NCBI GenBank assembly: GCA_030648835.1
Contig: JAUSGT010000001.1
Coordinates: 133,010 to 197,009 of the forward strand
Direction: 5' to 3'
DNA length: 64,000 nucleotides
Source: Candidatus Moraniibacteriota bacterium
GTDB lineage: Bacteria > Patescibacteriota > Minisyncoccia > Moranbacterales > UBA1568
The number at the start of each line of letters is the position of its first letter. Position 1 is the first letter of the stretch. Under the pieces are notes generated by a model. The model ran no database searches. It was not told where the DNA came from and saw nothing but the letters and a program-made list of their open reading frames with translations. The translations under genes were made by a program, and so were the position numbers. This document shows positions 28,049 to 36,949 of the stretch, in pieces.

Positions 28049-29143
28049 ATGTCCCAATTCCAACGTTTACTAAAAGGTCTCCAGAAAGGCATCATTGAGC
28101 GGTTTTTTGGCAATCTTACCCAGGATATCGGTATTGATCTCGGGACGGCCAACACGCTCGTCTATGTGCGTGGCAAGGGCATCGTCATCAATGAACCATC
28201 GGTTGTCGCGGTGAATCAACGGACCGGGCAGATCCTGGCTATCGGCCGCGAAGCAAAAAGGATGGTGGGGAAAACCCCGGGGCATATCGTCGCGACCCGT
28301 CCGCTTGTCGATGGAGTGGTGAGTGATTTTGAGGTGACTCAGCAGATGCTTCGTTATTTCATAAACAGGGTGACCAAGGAGAACTTCGCGTTTTTGCGTC
28401 GTCCCCGTGTGCTTATCGGTATCCCGTCCGGTGTGACGGAAGTAGAGAAGCGCGCCGTGATCGAAGCGACGCTCAATGCCGGGGCGCGCCAAGTATTTCT
28501 TATTGATGAACCGATGGCAGCCGCTATCGGGGCTCGCCTGCCGGTTATCGAGGCGACCGGCAATATGGTAGTGGACATCGGTGGAGGAACGACGGAAATT
28601 GCCGTGATCTCGCTTGGAGGAGTCGTCATCTCACGGAGCCTGCGCGTGGCGGGAGATGAGATGAATGAAGACATCGTGCGGTATAGTCGTGACGAATTCA
28701 ATATTTTGATTGGTGAGAAAACGGCGGAAGAGGCCAAGATCGCTATCGGGAGCGCCTATCCACTGCGTGATCGGTTGACTTTTCCTCTGCGCGGTCGGGA
28801 TTTGGTTTCCGGTTTGCCCAAGGAAGTGATCGCGACAGATGAACATATCCGTGAAGCCCTTTCGCGTTCCACTCGGATTATCGTCAACAGTATCAAAACG
28901 ATTGTCGAAGAAACTCCGCCGGAACTTTTGGCGGATATTATGCATAGCGGTATCATTTTGGCCGGCGGCGGCAGTTTGATTCGGGGTTTGGATAAACTGA
29001 TTGCCAACCAAACGGGTATCCCGGTACGTTTGATGGAAGACCCTTTGACCGCGGTCGTGCGTGGGACCGGTATCGTACTGGATGATATGGAAAGTTTGAA
29101 AGAGGTGCTTATTGCGGAAGAAGTGAATAGACCCCTTGGATGA
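28049..29143 (+). CDS. mreB: rod shape-determining protein MreB
   Basis: Actin-fold phosphate-1 motif IGIDLGTANTLVYV and adenosine motif; 364 aa. Confidence 0.9.
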   Translation: MSQFQRLLKGLQKGIIERFFGNLTQDIGIDLGTANTLVYVRGKGIVINEPSVVAVNQRTGQILAIGREAKRMVGKTPGHIVATRPLVDGVVSDFEVTQQMLRYFINRVTKENFAFLRRPRVLIGIPSGVTEVEKRAVIEATLNAGARQVFLIDEPMAAAIGARLPVIEATGNMVVDIGGGTTEIAVISLGGVVISRSLRVAGDEMNEDIVRYSRDEFNILIGEKTAEEAKIAIGSAYPLRDRLTFPLRGRDLVSGLPKEVIATDEHIREALSRSTRIIVNSIKTIVEETPPELLADIMHSGIILAGGGSLIRGLDKLIANQTGIPVRLMEDPLTAVVRGTGIVLDDMESLKEVLIAEEVNRPLG

Positions 29144-29233
29144 GGAAAATAATACCTAATTTCTAATATCTAATTCCTAATGAATGTTTCAATATCTCAC
29201 TTGAAAATTTAGAAATTAGACATTTTTTGGAAA

Positions 29234-30097
29234 TTGGAAATTGGTAATTGGAAATTTGCAGGTACTCCTGCAGTGTCTATGGCTGTTCACAGGAAATTTA
29301 CCCAAACAAAACTCTCTCGGGCGCTGATTGTTTTCGGCATGCTTTGGATTGCCGTGGTGTTCGGTCCGGCGTGGCTTGTCGCTCCCGCTCGAACGGCTCT
29401 GATGACCGTGACGCTTCCGCTTCAGAAAATTTTCTCCGTGACGGCGTTTGAAATAGCGGATACATTTCATTTTTTCACCTCTATCGGTGAACTGAAAAGT
29501 GAGAATGAGAATTTGGAGAAAGAGCGTTTGCGACTTATGGCTCTGAATGCCAAGTTTTCCCTTGTAGACAAGGAGAATGATGAACTGCGCCGCGAACTTA
29601 GGCTTGTGCCGAGAAACAAGTTTTCTCTCAAGCCGGCTGAAGTTACCGGTCGCGACGTGTCCGGTCTTGGCAACTGGCTTTCCATCAACGAAGGATCACA
29701 GAGCGGAGTGCGAAAAGGGATGCCCGTCATCGTAGACGCGGGAATTCTTATCGGAAGAGTGACAGAAGTGTTTCCGGAAAGTGCTCGAGTGATGCTTCTC
29801 TCGAATCCGGAGAGTTTGATAAACGGCGTGGCGCTCGATACCGATGCGCGAGGAATTGTGAAAGGAGAGTATGGGTTGGGGCTTCTTTTTGGCATGGTGC
29901 TTCAGGCGGATACGCTCAAGGCTGGCGATACCGTGGTGACGTCGGGGTTGGGCGGAGATATGCCGAAAGGTTTGCTCATCGGGACGCTTCAGGAAACGCG
30001 TTTTTCCGACGACCGTTTATTTCAACAGGCATCACTTTCTTCACCGGTGAGATTTGACCGCTTGCGGTATGTCTTCGTTATTGAAAATATTCTGTAA
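29234..30097 (+). CDS. mreC: rod shape-determining protein MreC
   Basis: N-terminal TM helix, a coiled-coil (ENENLEKERLRLMALN) and a C-terminal beta domain. Sits directly after mreB. Confidence 0.7.
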   Translation: MEIGNWKFAGTPAVSMAVHRKFTQTKLSRALIVFGMLWIAVVFGPAWLVAPARTALMTVTLPLQKIFSVTAFEIADTFHFFTSIGELKSENENLEKERLRLMALNAKFSLVDKENDELRRELRLVPRNKFSLKPAEVTGRDVSGLGNWLSINEGSQSGVRKGMPVIVDAGILIGRVTEVFPESARVMLLSNPESLINGVALDTDARGIVKGEYGLGLLFGMVLQADTLKAGDTVVTSGLGGDMPKGLLIGTLQETRFSDDRLFQQASLSSPVRFDRLRYVFVIENIL

Positions 30098-30101
30098 GTA
30101 G

Positions 30102-30229
30102 TATGCCCGGTAGTAGAATTTCGACTGAGAGAAAAATACGATATTGAAACGAAAGATGTTTTAAAGAGTTATTATTAAAAATTTTATGCTGCATATAAAT
30201 ACATTGTCGAAATTTCACTACCGGGTATG
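30102..30229. mobile_element. MITE-like element copy 5 (opposite internal orientation): TIRs 30106..30125 / 30206..30225, flanked by TATG at 30102..30105 and 30226..30229
   Basis: The left arm has the GTAGAAT variant and the right arm the ATTTCAC variant, the reverse of copies 1-4. GCATATAAA box as in copy 1. Supplies the mreD ATG at 30227. Confidence 0.7.
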
Positions 30230-30778
30230 AAAATATTTTTTCTTCGCCTATTTTTTATTCTCTCGTTGGTGTTTTTTCAATTTTCGTTTTTCAATATTCT
30301 TTTTTCGCGGGTGAGTGTGCCGATCATTCTCATTGTCGCTGTCGTGGCTTGGACACTCATTGTCGGTTTTCCACGCGTGTTGTATATGGTGATCCCCCTC
30401 TCGATATTCTTTGATATCGCTTCATTCGGTGCACTCGGGGCATTGACCCTGTATGCGGTGCCGCTTGCCTATGCGACGGACTTTCTTTCGAGGCGTCTCT
30501 TGGCCGAGCATCACGGGATGGGTATGATTTTGTACGCGCTCTTCGCATCCTTGGGGAGTTTTGGGTATGGTGTTTTTCATTTTGTTTTTACTCGAGGCAG
30601 TTCTTTTCTTTGGTCCGCCGAAACAGTCACTCGGTTTTTTCGCGCTACTGGTTTTTTGGAGCTTCTCCTGCCGATTTTCTCCAGTGTGGTGTTTTTCCCT
30701 ATCCTGTACTGGAGTATCCGACGTTTCGAAACGTATATGAGTTTTGCGGTTCAAAAAGAAATTTTACAGATGAGATAA
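30227..30778 (+). CDS. mreD: rod shape-determining protein MreD (probable)
   Basis: 183 aa, very hydrophobic, 5-6 TM segments. Position immediately after mreC and before the PBP2 gene. Confidence 0.5.
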   Translation: MKIFFLRLFFILSLVFFQFSFFNILFSRVSVPIILIVAVVAWTLIVGFPRVLYMVIPLSIFFDIASFGALGALTLYAVPLAYATDFLSRRLLAEHHGMGMILYALFASLGSFGYGVFHFVFTRGSSFLWSAETVTRFFRATGFLELLLPIFSSVVFFPILYWSIRRFETYMSFAVQKEILQMR

Positions 30779-30800
30779 TCCACAAATATATTTTTTCCGA

Positions 30801-32705
30801 ATGGCTCTTTTTGTCAGAAAAAGTAGGTATATCGCTCCGCAACACGGCATGGAAATTGACGATGCGGTACTGACAATGACGGAAAGCGATGCCGCCAAGA
30901 TCGAATGGCCGCTCAATCGCTCGGTCATTCGATTTTTTTGGTGGTTCTCCGTGGTGGTGTTTTTTGGGCTGGCGCTCCGCGTGGCATATCTGAATATCAT
31001 CAAGGGAGCCCAGTATCAGGAGGCGGCTGAGCGTAATAGTCTTCGCTCGCTCGTTATTCCGGCGCCGCGCGGCATTATTTATGATCGTTTTGGAAAACAG
31101 CTCGTATCCGATACACCGAGTATGGATGCCATTCTCACTCCGGCTGATATTCCGAGAGATGAAGAATCACAGAACGAAATGAAGCGGCTTCTCGCGGCGA
31201 CATTTGTTTTGGAGCCGGGGACGCTTGATGATATTTTTCAGAAACTGGATCGGAAGTCGCTCCTCCCGCTTCTCATCAAAGAGCGGGTGAGCCAAGAGGA
31301 GATGCTCTTGTTTTTGAGCCGGAGCCAGGAGCTTCCGGGAGTGGGTCTTTATAACACGACGCGCCGTACGTATGCCGACAGCCTTATTTTTTCCCACCTG
31401 CTCGGATATGAGGGGAAGATTCGCAAGGAGGAGCTGGTGACACACCCGGAGTATCTTTTGACGGACTCCATCGGCAAGCAGGGTATAGAAAAAAGCTATG
31501 AAGCTTCACTGCGGGGGGTCCATGGTTTTCAACAGGCAGAAGTAGATGCGCTCGGTCATGTGAAAAAAGAACTCGGGGTTGTTCAGCCGATTCCCGGGAG
31601 CGATCTGATACTCAATATTGATGCCGATCTGCAAAAGAAGATTTTTGACAGTTTGCAGATGCTTCTCGAAAAGAACGGTTTGAAACGGGCAGCCGCCATA
31701 GCGCTTGATCCGCAAAGCGGAGCGGTCCGCGCGCTTGTCAGTCTGCCGAGCTTCGATAATAATCTTTTCGCGGAGAGAATATCGTCAAAGGATTATCAGG
31801 CGCTCATTGATGACCCCGCGTTGCCACTTTTCAATCGCGCGCTTTCCGGGGAATATCCGCCTGGGTCGACCATCAAGCCGGTACTTGCAGCCGCGGCGCT
31901 TACGGAAGGTACCATAAATGAACACACGCAAATTGAAAGTCGCGGAGGGATCAGTATCGGAAAATTTTTTTTCGGTGACTGGCGGGTAAACGGCTTTGCC
32001 GATGTCAGGCGGGCGATAGCCGTTTCGAGTGACGTCTTCTTTTATTCCATCGGTGGGGGCTATGGTGGAATTCAAGGGTTGGGGATGGAGCGGATGAAGA
32101 AATACGAAAATCTTTTCGGTTATGGGAATAAAACCGAAATTGATATGCCCGGAGAGGCGGATGGATTTATTCCCGATCCAGGGTGGAAGCAAGATAAGCT
32201 TGGTGAGCGGTGGTATATCGGTGATGATTATCACGCGGCTATTGGGCAGGGATTTGTAACGGCGACCCCGCTCCAGATTTTGAATGCGGTAGCGGCTATT
32301 GCCAATGGCGGGACGCTGTACGCCCCGCGGGTCGTATCGCAGGTACGTTCTCCCGATGGCAAGGTGATTCAAATTGACACAAAGGTGATCCGGAAAGATT
32401 TTATCAGTTCGGATATCCTGCGTATCGTGCGTGAGGGTATGCGGCAGACCGTGACGGAGGGCACTGCCCAGTCTTTGCAGACACTCCCGGTAGCTGTGGC
32501 CGGAAAAACAGGCACCGCTCAGTTCGGCAATGACAAGAAAACACATGGCTGGTTTGTTTCTTTCGCGCCGTACGAGCACCCCACACTGGCGATGATCGTT
32601 CTTGTGGAGGGGCAGGAAGGGGAAGGATACAATGCCGTTCCGGTAGCCAAGGATGTGTATGATTGGTACTTTTCTCGTCCGGATCTGACCGAAGTATCGC
32701 AGTAA
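30801..32705 (+). CDS. mrdA: penicillin-binding protein 2 (peptidoglycan D,D-transpeptidase MrdA)
   Basis: 634 aa. N-terminal TM helix, dimerisation domain, and transpeptidase motifs GSTIKP (SxxK), SSD (SxN-like) and KTGTAQ. Confidence 0.85.
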   Translation: MALFVRKSRYIAPQHGMEIDDAVLTMTESDAAKIEWPLNRSVIRFFWWFSVVVFFGLALRVAYLNIIKGAQYQEAAERNSLRSLVIPAPRGIIYDRFGKQLVSDTPSMDAILTPADIPRDEESQNEMKRLLAATFVLEPGTLDDIFQKLDRKSLLPLLIKERVSQEEMLLFLSRSQELPGVGLYNTTRRTYADSLIFSHLLGYEGKIRKEELVTHPEYLLTDSIGKQGIEKSYEASLRGVHGFQQAEVDALGHVKKELGVVQPIPGSDLILNIDADLQKKIFDSLQMLLEKNGLKRAAAIALDPQSGAVRALVSLPSFDNNLFAERISSKDYQALIDDPALPLFNRALSGEYPPGSTIKPVLAAAALTEGTINEHTQIESRGGISIGKFFFGDWRVNGFADVRRAIAVSSDVFFYSIGGGYGGIQGLGMERMKKYENLFGYGNKTEIDMPGEADGFIPDPGWKQDKLGERWYIGDDYHAAIGQGFVTATPLQILNAVAAIANGGTLYAPRVVSQVRSPDGKVIQIDTKVIRKDFISSDILRIVREGMRQTVTEGTAQSLQTLPVAVAGKTGTAQFGNDKKTHGWFVSFAPYEHPTLAMIVLVEGQEGEGYNAVPVAKDVYDWYFSRPDLTEVSQ

Positions 32706-32847
32706 AAGGCTTTAAACAAGGGAAGAAATAGGTGGCATTGACATTTTTCGCACCTTTGATACCATAGAGAAACTTTGTGGCAGCCACCCCTTTTCTGTAG
32801 TAAGAGGGTTTTTGTTTGCTAAGGAAGGTACTTACTCTAATTATAAA

Positions 32848-33306
32848 ACCATGTCGAAGATTTTTACCGAAGAAGGTTTGAAAAAATTGCAGGTTGAGCT
32901 TGAAGATCGCAAAACCAAAATCCGTCATGAAATTGCCGAATCCATCAAAGAGGCCAAGGAACAGGGTGATCTTTCGGAAAATGCCGAATACAGCGAGGCC
33001 AAGCGCTATCAGAATGAGAATGAAACACGCATTTCTGAGTTGGAGGCTATGCTCAAAGATTCTGTCGTGGCTGCCAAAGAGAAGAGTTCAACGGTGGTGG
33101 GGATTGGTTCCCTACTGACGGTAAAAGTGCATGGCAAAGAACTCCATTTCGAAATTGTCGGTTCCAATGAAGTTGATCCGGCACAAGGCAAAATTTCCAA
33201 CGAATCTCCGCTGGGTAAGGAATTCATCGGCAAAGAAAAGGGTGACAAAGTGGAAGTGAGCGCTCCGGCTGGGACTGTCAAATACGAGATCGTTTCCATC
33301 AAGTAA
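32848..33306 (+). CDS. greA: transcription elongation factor GreA
   Basis: Start at the internal Met (MSKIFTEEGLKKLQVELEDRK...). Coiled-coil with the acidic tip DLSENAEY, plus an FKBP-like C-terminal domain. Confidence 0.85.
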   Translation, partial: TMSKIFTEEGLKKLQVELEDRKTKIRHEIAESIKEAKEQGDLSENAEYSEAKRYQNENETRISELEAMLKDSVVAAKEKSSTVVGIGSLLTVKVHGKELHFEIVGSNEVDPAQGKISNESPLGKEFIGKEKGDKVEVSAPAGTVKYEIVSIK

Positions 33307-33308
33307 TG

Positions 33309-33436
33309 TTAGGACTTTCGCGTTTGGCGAACTTCCGCGTTGCGGAGCCTCTGCTCCGTCTCCAGCGTAGCTAGTAGTACGCTTCCGTTGTCGCTTTCTC
33401 CGCGCCTCGAATTTCATCCAAACGCAAAAGTCCTAA
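33309..33436. repeat. 128 bp element bounded by a 19 bp inverted repeat (TTAGGACTTTCGCGTTTGG / CCAAACGCAAAAGTCCTAA) with several internal hairpins, lying in the greA 3' UTR
   Basis: IR with one mismatch, read directly. Internal stems: GGAGC ctct GCTCC and GCGTA...TACGC. It precedes the true greA terminator. Confidence 0.5.
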
Positions 33437-33446
33437 GTTTGTGATA

Positions 33447-33480
33447 AAATCCCCACACTGGGGATTTTATCTTGCCTTTC
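33447..33480 (+). terminator. rho-independent terminator of greA
   Basis: GATAAAATCCCCA cac TGGGGATTTTATC: a 13 bp perfect stem, then TTGCCTTT. Confidence 0.7.
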
Positions 33481-33506
33481 GGCTTGAAAAGCGTTAGGAT
33501 AAGACC

Positions 33507-34973
33507 ATGCGCGAAGATATTTTGAACACAAAATTAGAAAAGCTGGCTCATCTTGAGAAGGCTTTTGGGACAGCCTATCCGGAGCAAACAAGCCGTTCGC
33601 TCGATAACGCGGAGGCGCTTTTGCGTTTCGATGAATTGTCGGCTTCTCACGAGGTGATCTGTCTTGTCGGTCGGGTGCGCTCCTTCCGTCCGATGGGCAA
33701 GATTGCTTTCGCACATATCGAAGATGGTCAAGGGAAAATTCAGCTTTTCCTTTCCGAAAAAGTCTTGGGCAAGGAGAAATTGAAATTGTTTGCCGATACG
33801 ATTGAAATGGGAGATTTTGTCGAAGCCCACGGGGCTCTCTTCACGACGAAACAGAATGAGAAGACACTCGAGGTGAGTGACTGGAAAATTTTAAGCAAAT
33901 CTCTGCGCCCCATCCCGACGGAATTTTACGGTTTGAAAGATGAAGAGGAACTGCTCCGTCGCCGCTATCTGGATTTACTCATGAACCCGGAAACTCGTGA
34001 ATTGTTTGTGAAAAAGAATCTTTTCTGGCAGACAGTGCGCGCTTTTTTGGCAGGGGAAAAATTTCTTGAAGTCCAGACGCCGGTACTGGAGCATATCCCC
34101 GGTGGAGCCGAAGCGGAACCTTTCAAAACGCACCACCACGCGCTTGATCAGGATTTTTATTTGCGCATCTCGCTTGAATTGCCTCTCAAGCGTCTCTTGG
34201 TCGGCGGGTATGAGCGGGTGTTTGAAATCGGACGAGTGTTCCGCAATGAAGGTATGGATCGCGAGCATCTGCAGGAGTTCGATCATGTCGAGTTCTACGC
34301 CGCGTATATGGATATGGAAAGCGGGATGCGATTGACGGAAAAAATGTTTCAAGCAGTCGTGAGGAAAGTCGTGGGTGAAACCATGCAGACGGAGTACGAG
34401 GGGATGAAAATTGACTGGAGCAAACCTTTTCCGCGAATTGACTACTTTACGGAATTCAAAAAAGAAACCGGTATTGATCTGTCTTCGGATATTAGTGTTG
34501 ATGAACTCAAAAAGAAAGCGGACGAGCTGGGTGTCAAATATGAACCTGCCTATGGGAAAGGGCGGATGATCGATACGTTGTACAAGAGAACGGTGCGGCA
34601 GAAATTGATCCAGCCGTGTTTTTTGGTCGGACACCCGCTTGAGGTGTCGCCGCTCGCCAAAGTCGATCCAAAAGATCCTCGTCGGGTACTGCGTTTCCAA
34701 CCGGTGGTTGCAAAAAGCGAAGTGGGAAATGGATTCGCGGAACTTAATGATCCGGAGGATCAACGCAAACGATTCGAAGAACAGATGAAACTGCGCGCCC
34801 AAGGCGACGTCGAAGCACAGATGCTCGATGAGGATTTTCTTCAGGCGCTCGAGTATGGTATGCCGCCGGCGTGCGGGTTTGGGATGAGTGAACGTTTCTT
34901 CGCCATTCTTATGAATCGCAGCGTGCGCGAGACGGTTATTTTTCCGTTGGTGAAGGAGAAGAGCAACGGATGA
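33507..34973 (+). CDS. lysS: lysyl-tRNA synthetase, class II
   Basis: 488 aa. OB-fold N-terminal domain and class II motifs (FRNEG, GGGIDR-like GFGMSERF). Confidence 0.9.
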   Translation: MREDILNTKLEKLAHLEKAFGTAYPEQTSRSLDNAEALLRFDELSASHEVICLVGRVRSFRPMGKIAFAHIEDGQGKIQLFLSEKVLGKEKLKLFADTIEMGDFVEAHGALFTTKQNEKTLEVSDWKILSKSLRPIPTEFYGLKDEEELLRRRYLDLLMNPETRELFVKKNLFWQTVRAFLAGEKFLEVQTPVLEHIPGGAEAEPFKTHHHALDQDFYLRISLELPLKRLLVGGYERVFEIGRVFRNEGMDREHLQEFDHVEFYAAYMDMESGMRLTEKMFQAVVRKVVGETMQTEYEGMKIDWSKPFPRIDYFTEFKKETGIDLSSDISVDELKKKADELGVKYEPAYGKGRMIDTLYKRTVRQKLIQPCFLVGHPLEVSPLAKVDPKDPRRVLRFQPVVAKSEVGNGFAELNDPEDQRKRFEEQMKLRAQGDVEAQMLDEDFLQALEYGMPPACGFGMSERFFAILMNRSVRETVIFPLVKEKSNG

Positions 34974-35041
34974 TTAGCTCAGTTGGTTAGAGCACTGCAT
35001 TCACATTGCAGGGGTCACTGGTTCGAGTCCAGTGTTGCCCA
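34968..35041 (+). tRNA. tRNA-Val(CAC)-like sequence with a non-canonical acceptor stem (possible pseudo-tRNA), overlapping the lysS stop codon
   Basis: Canonical D-arm (GCTCAGTTGGTTAGAGC), anticodon arm (CTGCA TTCACAT TGCAG, anticodon CAC) and T-arm (ACTGG TTCGAGT CCAGT). The 5' strand GGATGAT pairs poorly with the 3' strand GTTGCCC. The upstream GAGCAAC would pair but sits 7 nt out of register, so an insertion is suspected. Confidence 0.4.
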
Positions 35042-35068
35042 CATAATGAAAATTAAAGAGCTGAACAT

Positions 35069-36382
35069 ATGTTGGATATTCAATTCATCCGCAGTCATAA
35101 AGAAGACATTTCTAAAGCCATCACGGATAAGGGGCTCAATTTGGATGTGGAGAAATTATTGGCGAAGGCAGAGGAGCGAGTAGCACTTATTCAAGAAGTC
35201 GAGGAACTCAAGAGCTTGAAAAACGATATCAATGAATTGATACAAAAAGCCAAGACTCCCGAGGAACGCGCGGAGATTATCGTCAAAGGAAAAGAGATCA
35301 AAGTCAAACTCGATGAGAGAGAACCTTTGTTTTTGGCGGTCAAGAGTGAATATGATACTCTCATGGCGCAAGTGCCGAATATTCCGAGTGAGGATACGCC
35401 GATCGGAAAAGACGAGAGTGAAAATGTTGTCTTGCGGCAAGTCGGCAACAAACCTGAGTTCGAATTCCCGGCTAAGGAACACTGGGAGTTGGGAGAAGCG
35501 CTGGGGATTATTGATGTGGAACGGGCAGTCAAGGTGAGCGGATCGCGGTCTGTTTATCTCAAGGGAGATCTCGTACTTCTGGAATTTGCTCTTATGCAGT
35601 TTGCTTTTTCAGTTCTGACGAGCGAAGAAAAATTGGCAGCCATAATTACTGAGAATCAACTTAAGGTAGCCACTACGCCATTTATTCCTGTTCTTCCGCC
35701 CGTTTTGATTCGGCCAGAAATAATGGCAAGAATGGCTCGTCACGATCCTGAAGAAATGTACGCCATTGAGAGAGATAATCTGAATCTGATAGGAAGCGCC
35801 GAACATACGTTGGGTGCGATGTATGCTGATGAAATTTTAGAAGCTGCTCAGCTTCCTATTCGCCTGGTGGGGTTTTCGGTAGCTTTTCGCCGTGAAGCTG
35901 GCTCCTATGGCAAAGATATGAAGGGGTTTCTTCGGATGCACCAATTCGACAAACTGGAAATGGAATCATTCACTCTGCCCGAACAATCGCGAGATGAGCA
36001 GGACTTTATGGTAGCTATTCAAGAACACCTGATGAAGGCATTGGGTATTCCCTATCAAGTTGTGGCGATCTGTACTGGAGATATGGGTAAACCTGACATA
36101 CGCCAGATCGATATTGAAGCGTGGATGCCAGGACAGAATCGATATCGAGAAACGAACACGTCGGATCTTATTGGGGACTTTCAAGCACGGCGGTTAAATA
36201 CAAAGATCCGAAGAGCGGATGGAAAAACAGAATTTGTTCATATGAATGATGCAACTGCCTTTTCGCAGCGCCCCCTCATTGCTATTCTCGAGAATTACCA
36301 GCAAGCCGATGGGAGCGTCGTGGTGCCGGAAGTTTTGCGCCCCTTCGTCGGCAAGGATGTGATTAAACCGAAGAACAGTTAA
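35069..36382 (+). CDS. serS: seryl-tRNA synthetase
   Basis: 437 aa. N-terminal coiled-coil arm, class II catalytic core with the conserved motifs. Confidence 0.9.
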   Translation: MLDIQFIRSHKEDISKAITDKGLNLDVEKLLAKAEERVALIQEVEELKSLKNDINELIQKAKTPEERAEIIVKGKEIKVKLDEREPLFLAVKSEYDTLMAQVPNIPSEDTPIGKDESENVVLRQVGNKPEFEFPAKEHWELGEALGIIDVERAVKVSGSRSVYLKGDLVLLEFALMQFAFSVLTSEEKLAAIITENQLKVATTPFIPVLPPVLIRPEIMARMARHDPEEMYAIERDNLNLIGSAEHTLGAMYADEILEAAQLPIRLVGFSVAFRREAGSYGKDMKGFLRMHQFDKLEMESFTLPEQSRDEQDFMVAIQEHLMKALGIPYQVVAICTGDMGKPDIRQIDIEAWMPGQNRYRETNTSDLIGDFQARRLNTKIRRADGKTEFVHMNDATAFSQRPLIAILENYQQADGSVVVPEVLRPFVGKDVIKPKNS

Positions 36383-36396
36383 CAGTCAACGAGGAA

Positions 36397-36440
36397 CAAA
36401 TAACGACTGTTCCCTTGATTTTTTATTTTTTTTGTTGTTA
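36397..36440 (+). terminator. terminator after serS
   Basis: GGAACA aataacgac TGTTCC followed by CTTGATTTTTTATTTTTTTG. Confidence 0.55.
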
Positions 36441-36494
36441 ACTGCTTATTGCCTGCCTGTCCGGTAGGCAGGTTGTTTATTTACAAATTTGTAT

Positions 36495-36570
36495 GGGTGC
36501 GTAGCTCAGTCGGTAGAGCAGTGGCCTTTTAAGCCAACGGTCGAGGGTTCGATTCCCCCCGCACCCACCA
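36495..36570 (+). tRNA. tRNA-Lys (anticodon UUU), CCA encoded
   Basis: Acceptor GGGTGCG/CGCACCC pairs perfectly. D-arm GCTCAGTCGGTAGAGC. Anticodon loop CTTTTAA. T-arm GAGGG TTCGATT CCCCC. Discriminator A plus CCA. Confidence 0.85.
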
Positions 36571-36576
36571 TAAAAC

Positions 36577-36612
36577 TAGGACTCCACTTTTGGAGTCCTT
36601 ACTTTTTACAGA
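36577..36612 (+). terminator. terminator after tRNA-Lys
   Basis: AGGACTCC acttt GGAGTCCT then TACTTTTTAC. Confidence 0.6.
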
Positions 36613-36624
36613 GAAGCTACAAGT

Positions 36625-36750
36625 GGGAATCGAAGGGCACGAGTAGGATGCGAGTAAGCGAGCATCCTGTGTGTAGTGCTCAGGCTCCGAGTCGGTCATC
36701 GACTCTGAGCTCAGACTCGAAGAGAGCGAGGAGGATTCCCCCCGCACCCA
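36625..36750 (+). ncRNA. structured tRNA-Lys-related RNA module R1 (about 126 nt)
   Basis: Ends in GAGGAGGATTCCCCCCGCACCCA, mimicking the tRNA-Lys T-arm and 3' acceptor strand. Internal stems AGGATGC/GCATCCT, GAGTCG/CGACTC and the TGAGCTCA palindrome. The 5' GGGCAC pairs with the internal GTGCTC. Confidence 0.4.
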
Positions 36751-36814
36751 CTATAGGATAACAATAGATAACAAGAACTCCCGAACGGGAAGTTTTTGCT
36801 TTATAAAGAATTGC

Positions 36815-36947
36815 GGGGAATCGAAGGGTGCGAGTAGAATGTGAGCAAGCGAACATTCTGTGTGTAGCACCCAGGCTCCGAGTCGGTCATCGACTCTGAG
36901 CTCAGACTCGAAGAGAGCGAGGAGGATTCCCCCCCCCGCACCCACCA
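36815..36947 (+). ncRNA. structured tRNA-Lys-related RNA module R2 (about 133 nt, ends in CCA), followed by a hairpin terminator
   Basis: Co-linear with R1. Compensatory substitutions keep both stems intact (AGAATGT/ACATTCT; GGGTGC/GCACCC). The 3' end is CGCACCCACCA, identical to the tRNA-Lys 3' end. Terminator at 36950..36990. Confidence 0.4.
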
Positions 36948-36949
36948 AA

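Noticed and set aside
33975-34802. 275 aa minus-strand ORF
   Set aside because: Antisense to lysS, which is unambiguous.
36625-36947. Possibility that R1/R2 are a CRISPR array, tmRNA, SRP RNA or 6S RNA
   Set aside because: Only two units, each about 130 nt with a 60 nt spacer, so the geometry is wrong for CRISPR. Far too short for tmRNA and lacking a tag reading frame. No SRP domain IV GNAR/AGGA motif and no 6S open-promoter-like bulge. Left as an uncharacterised structured RNA.
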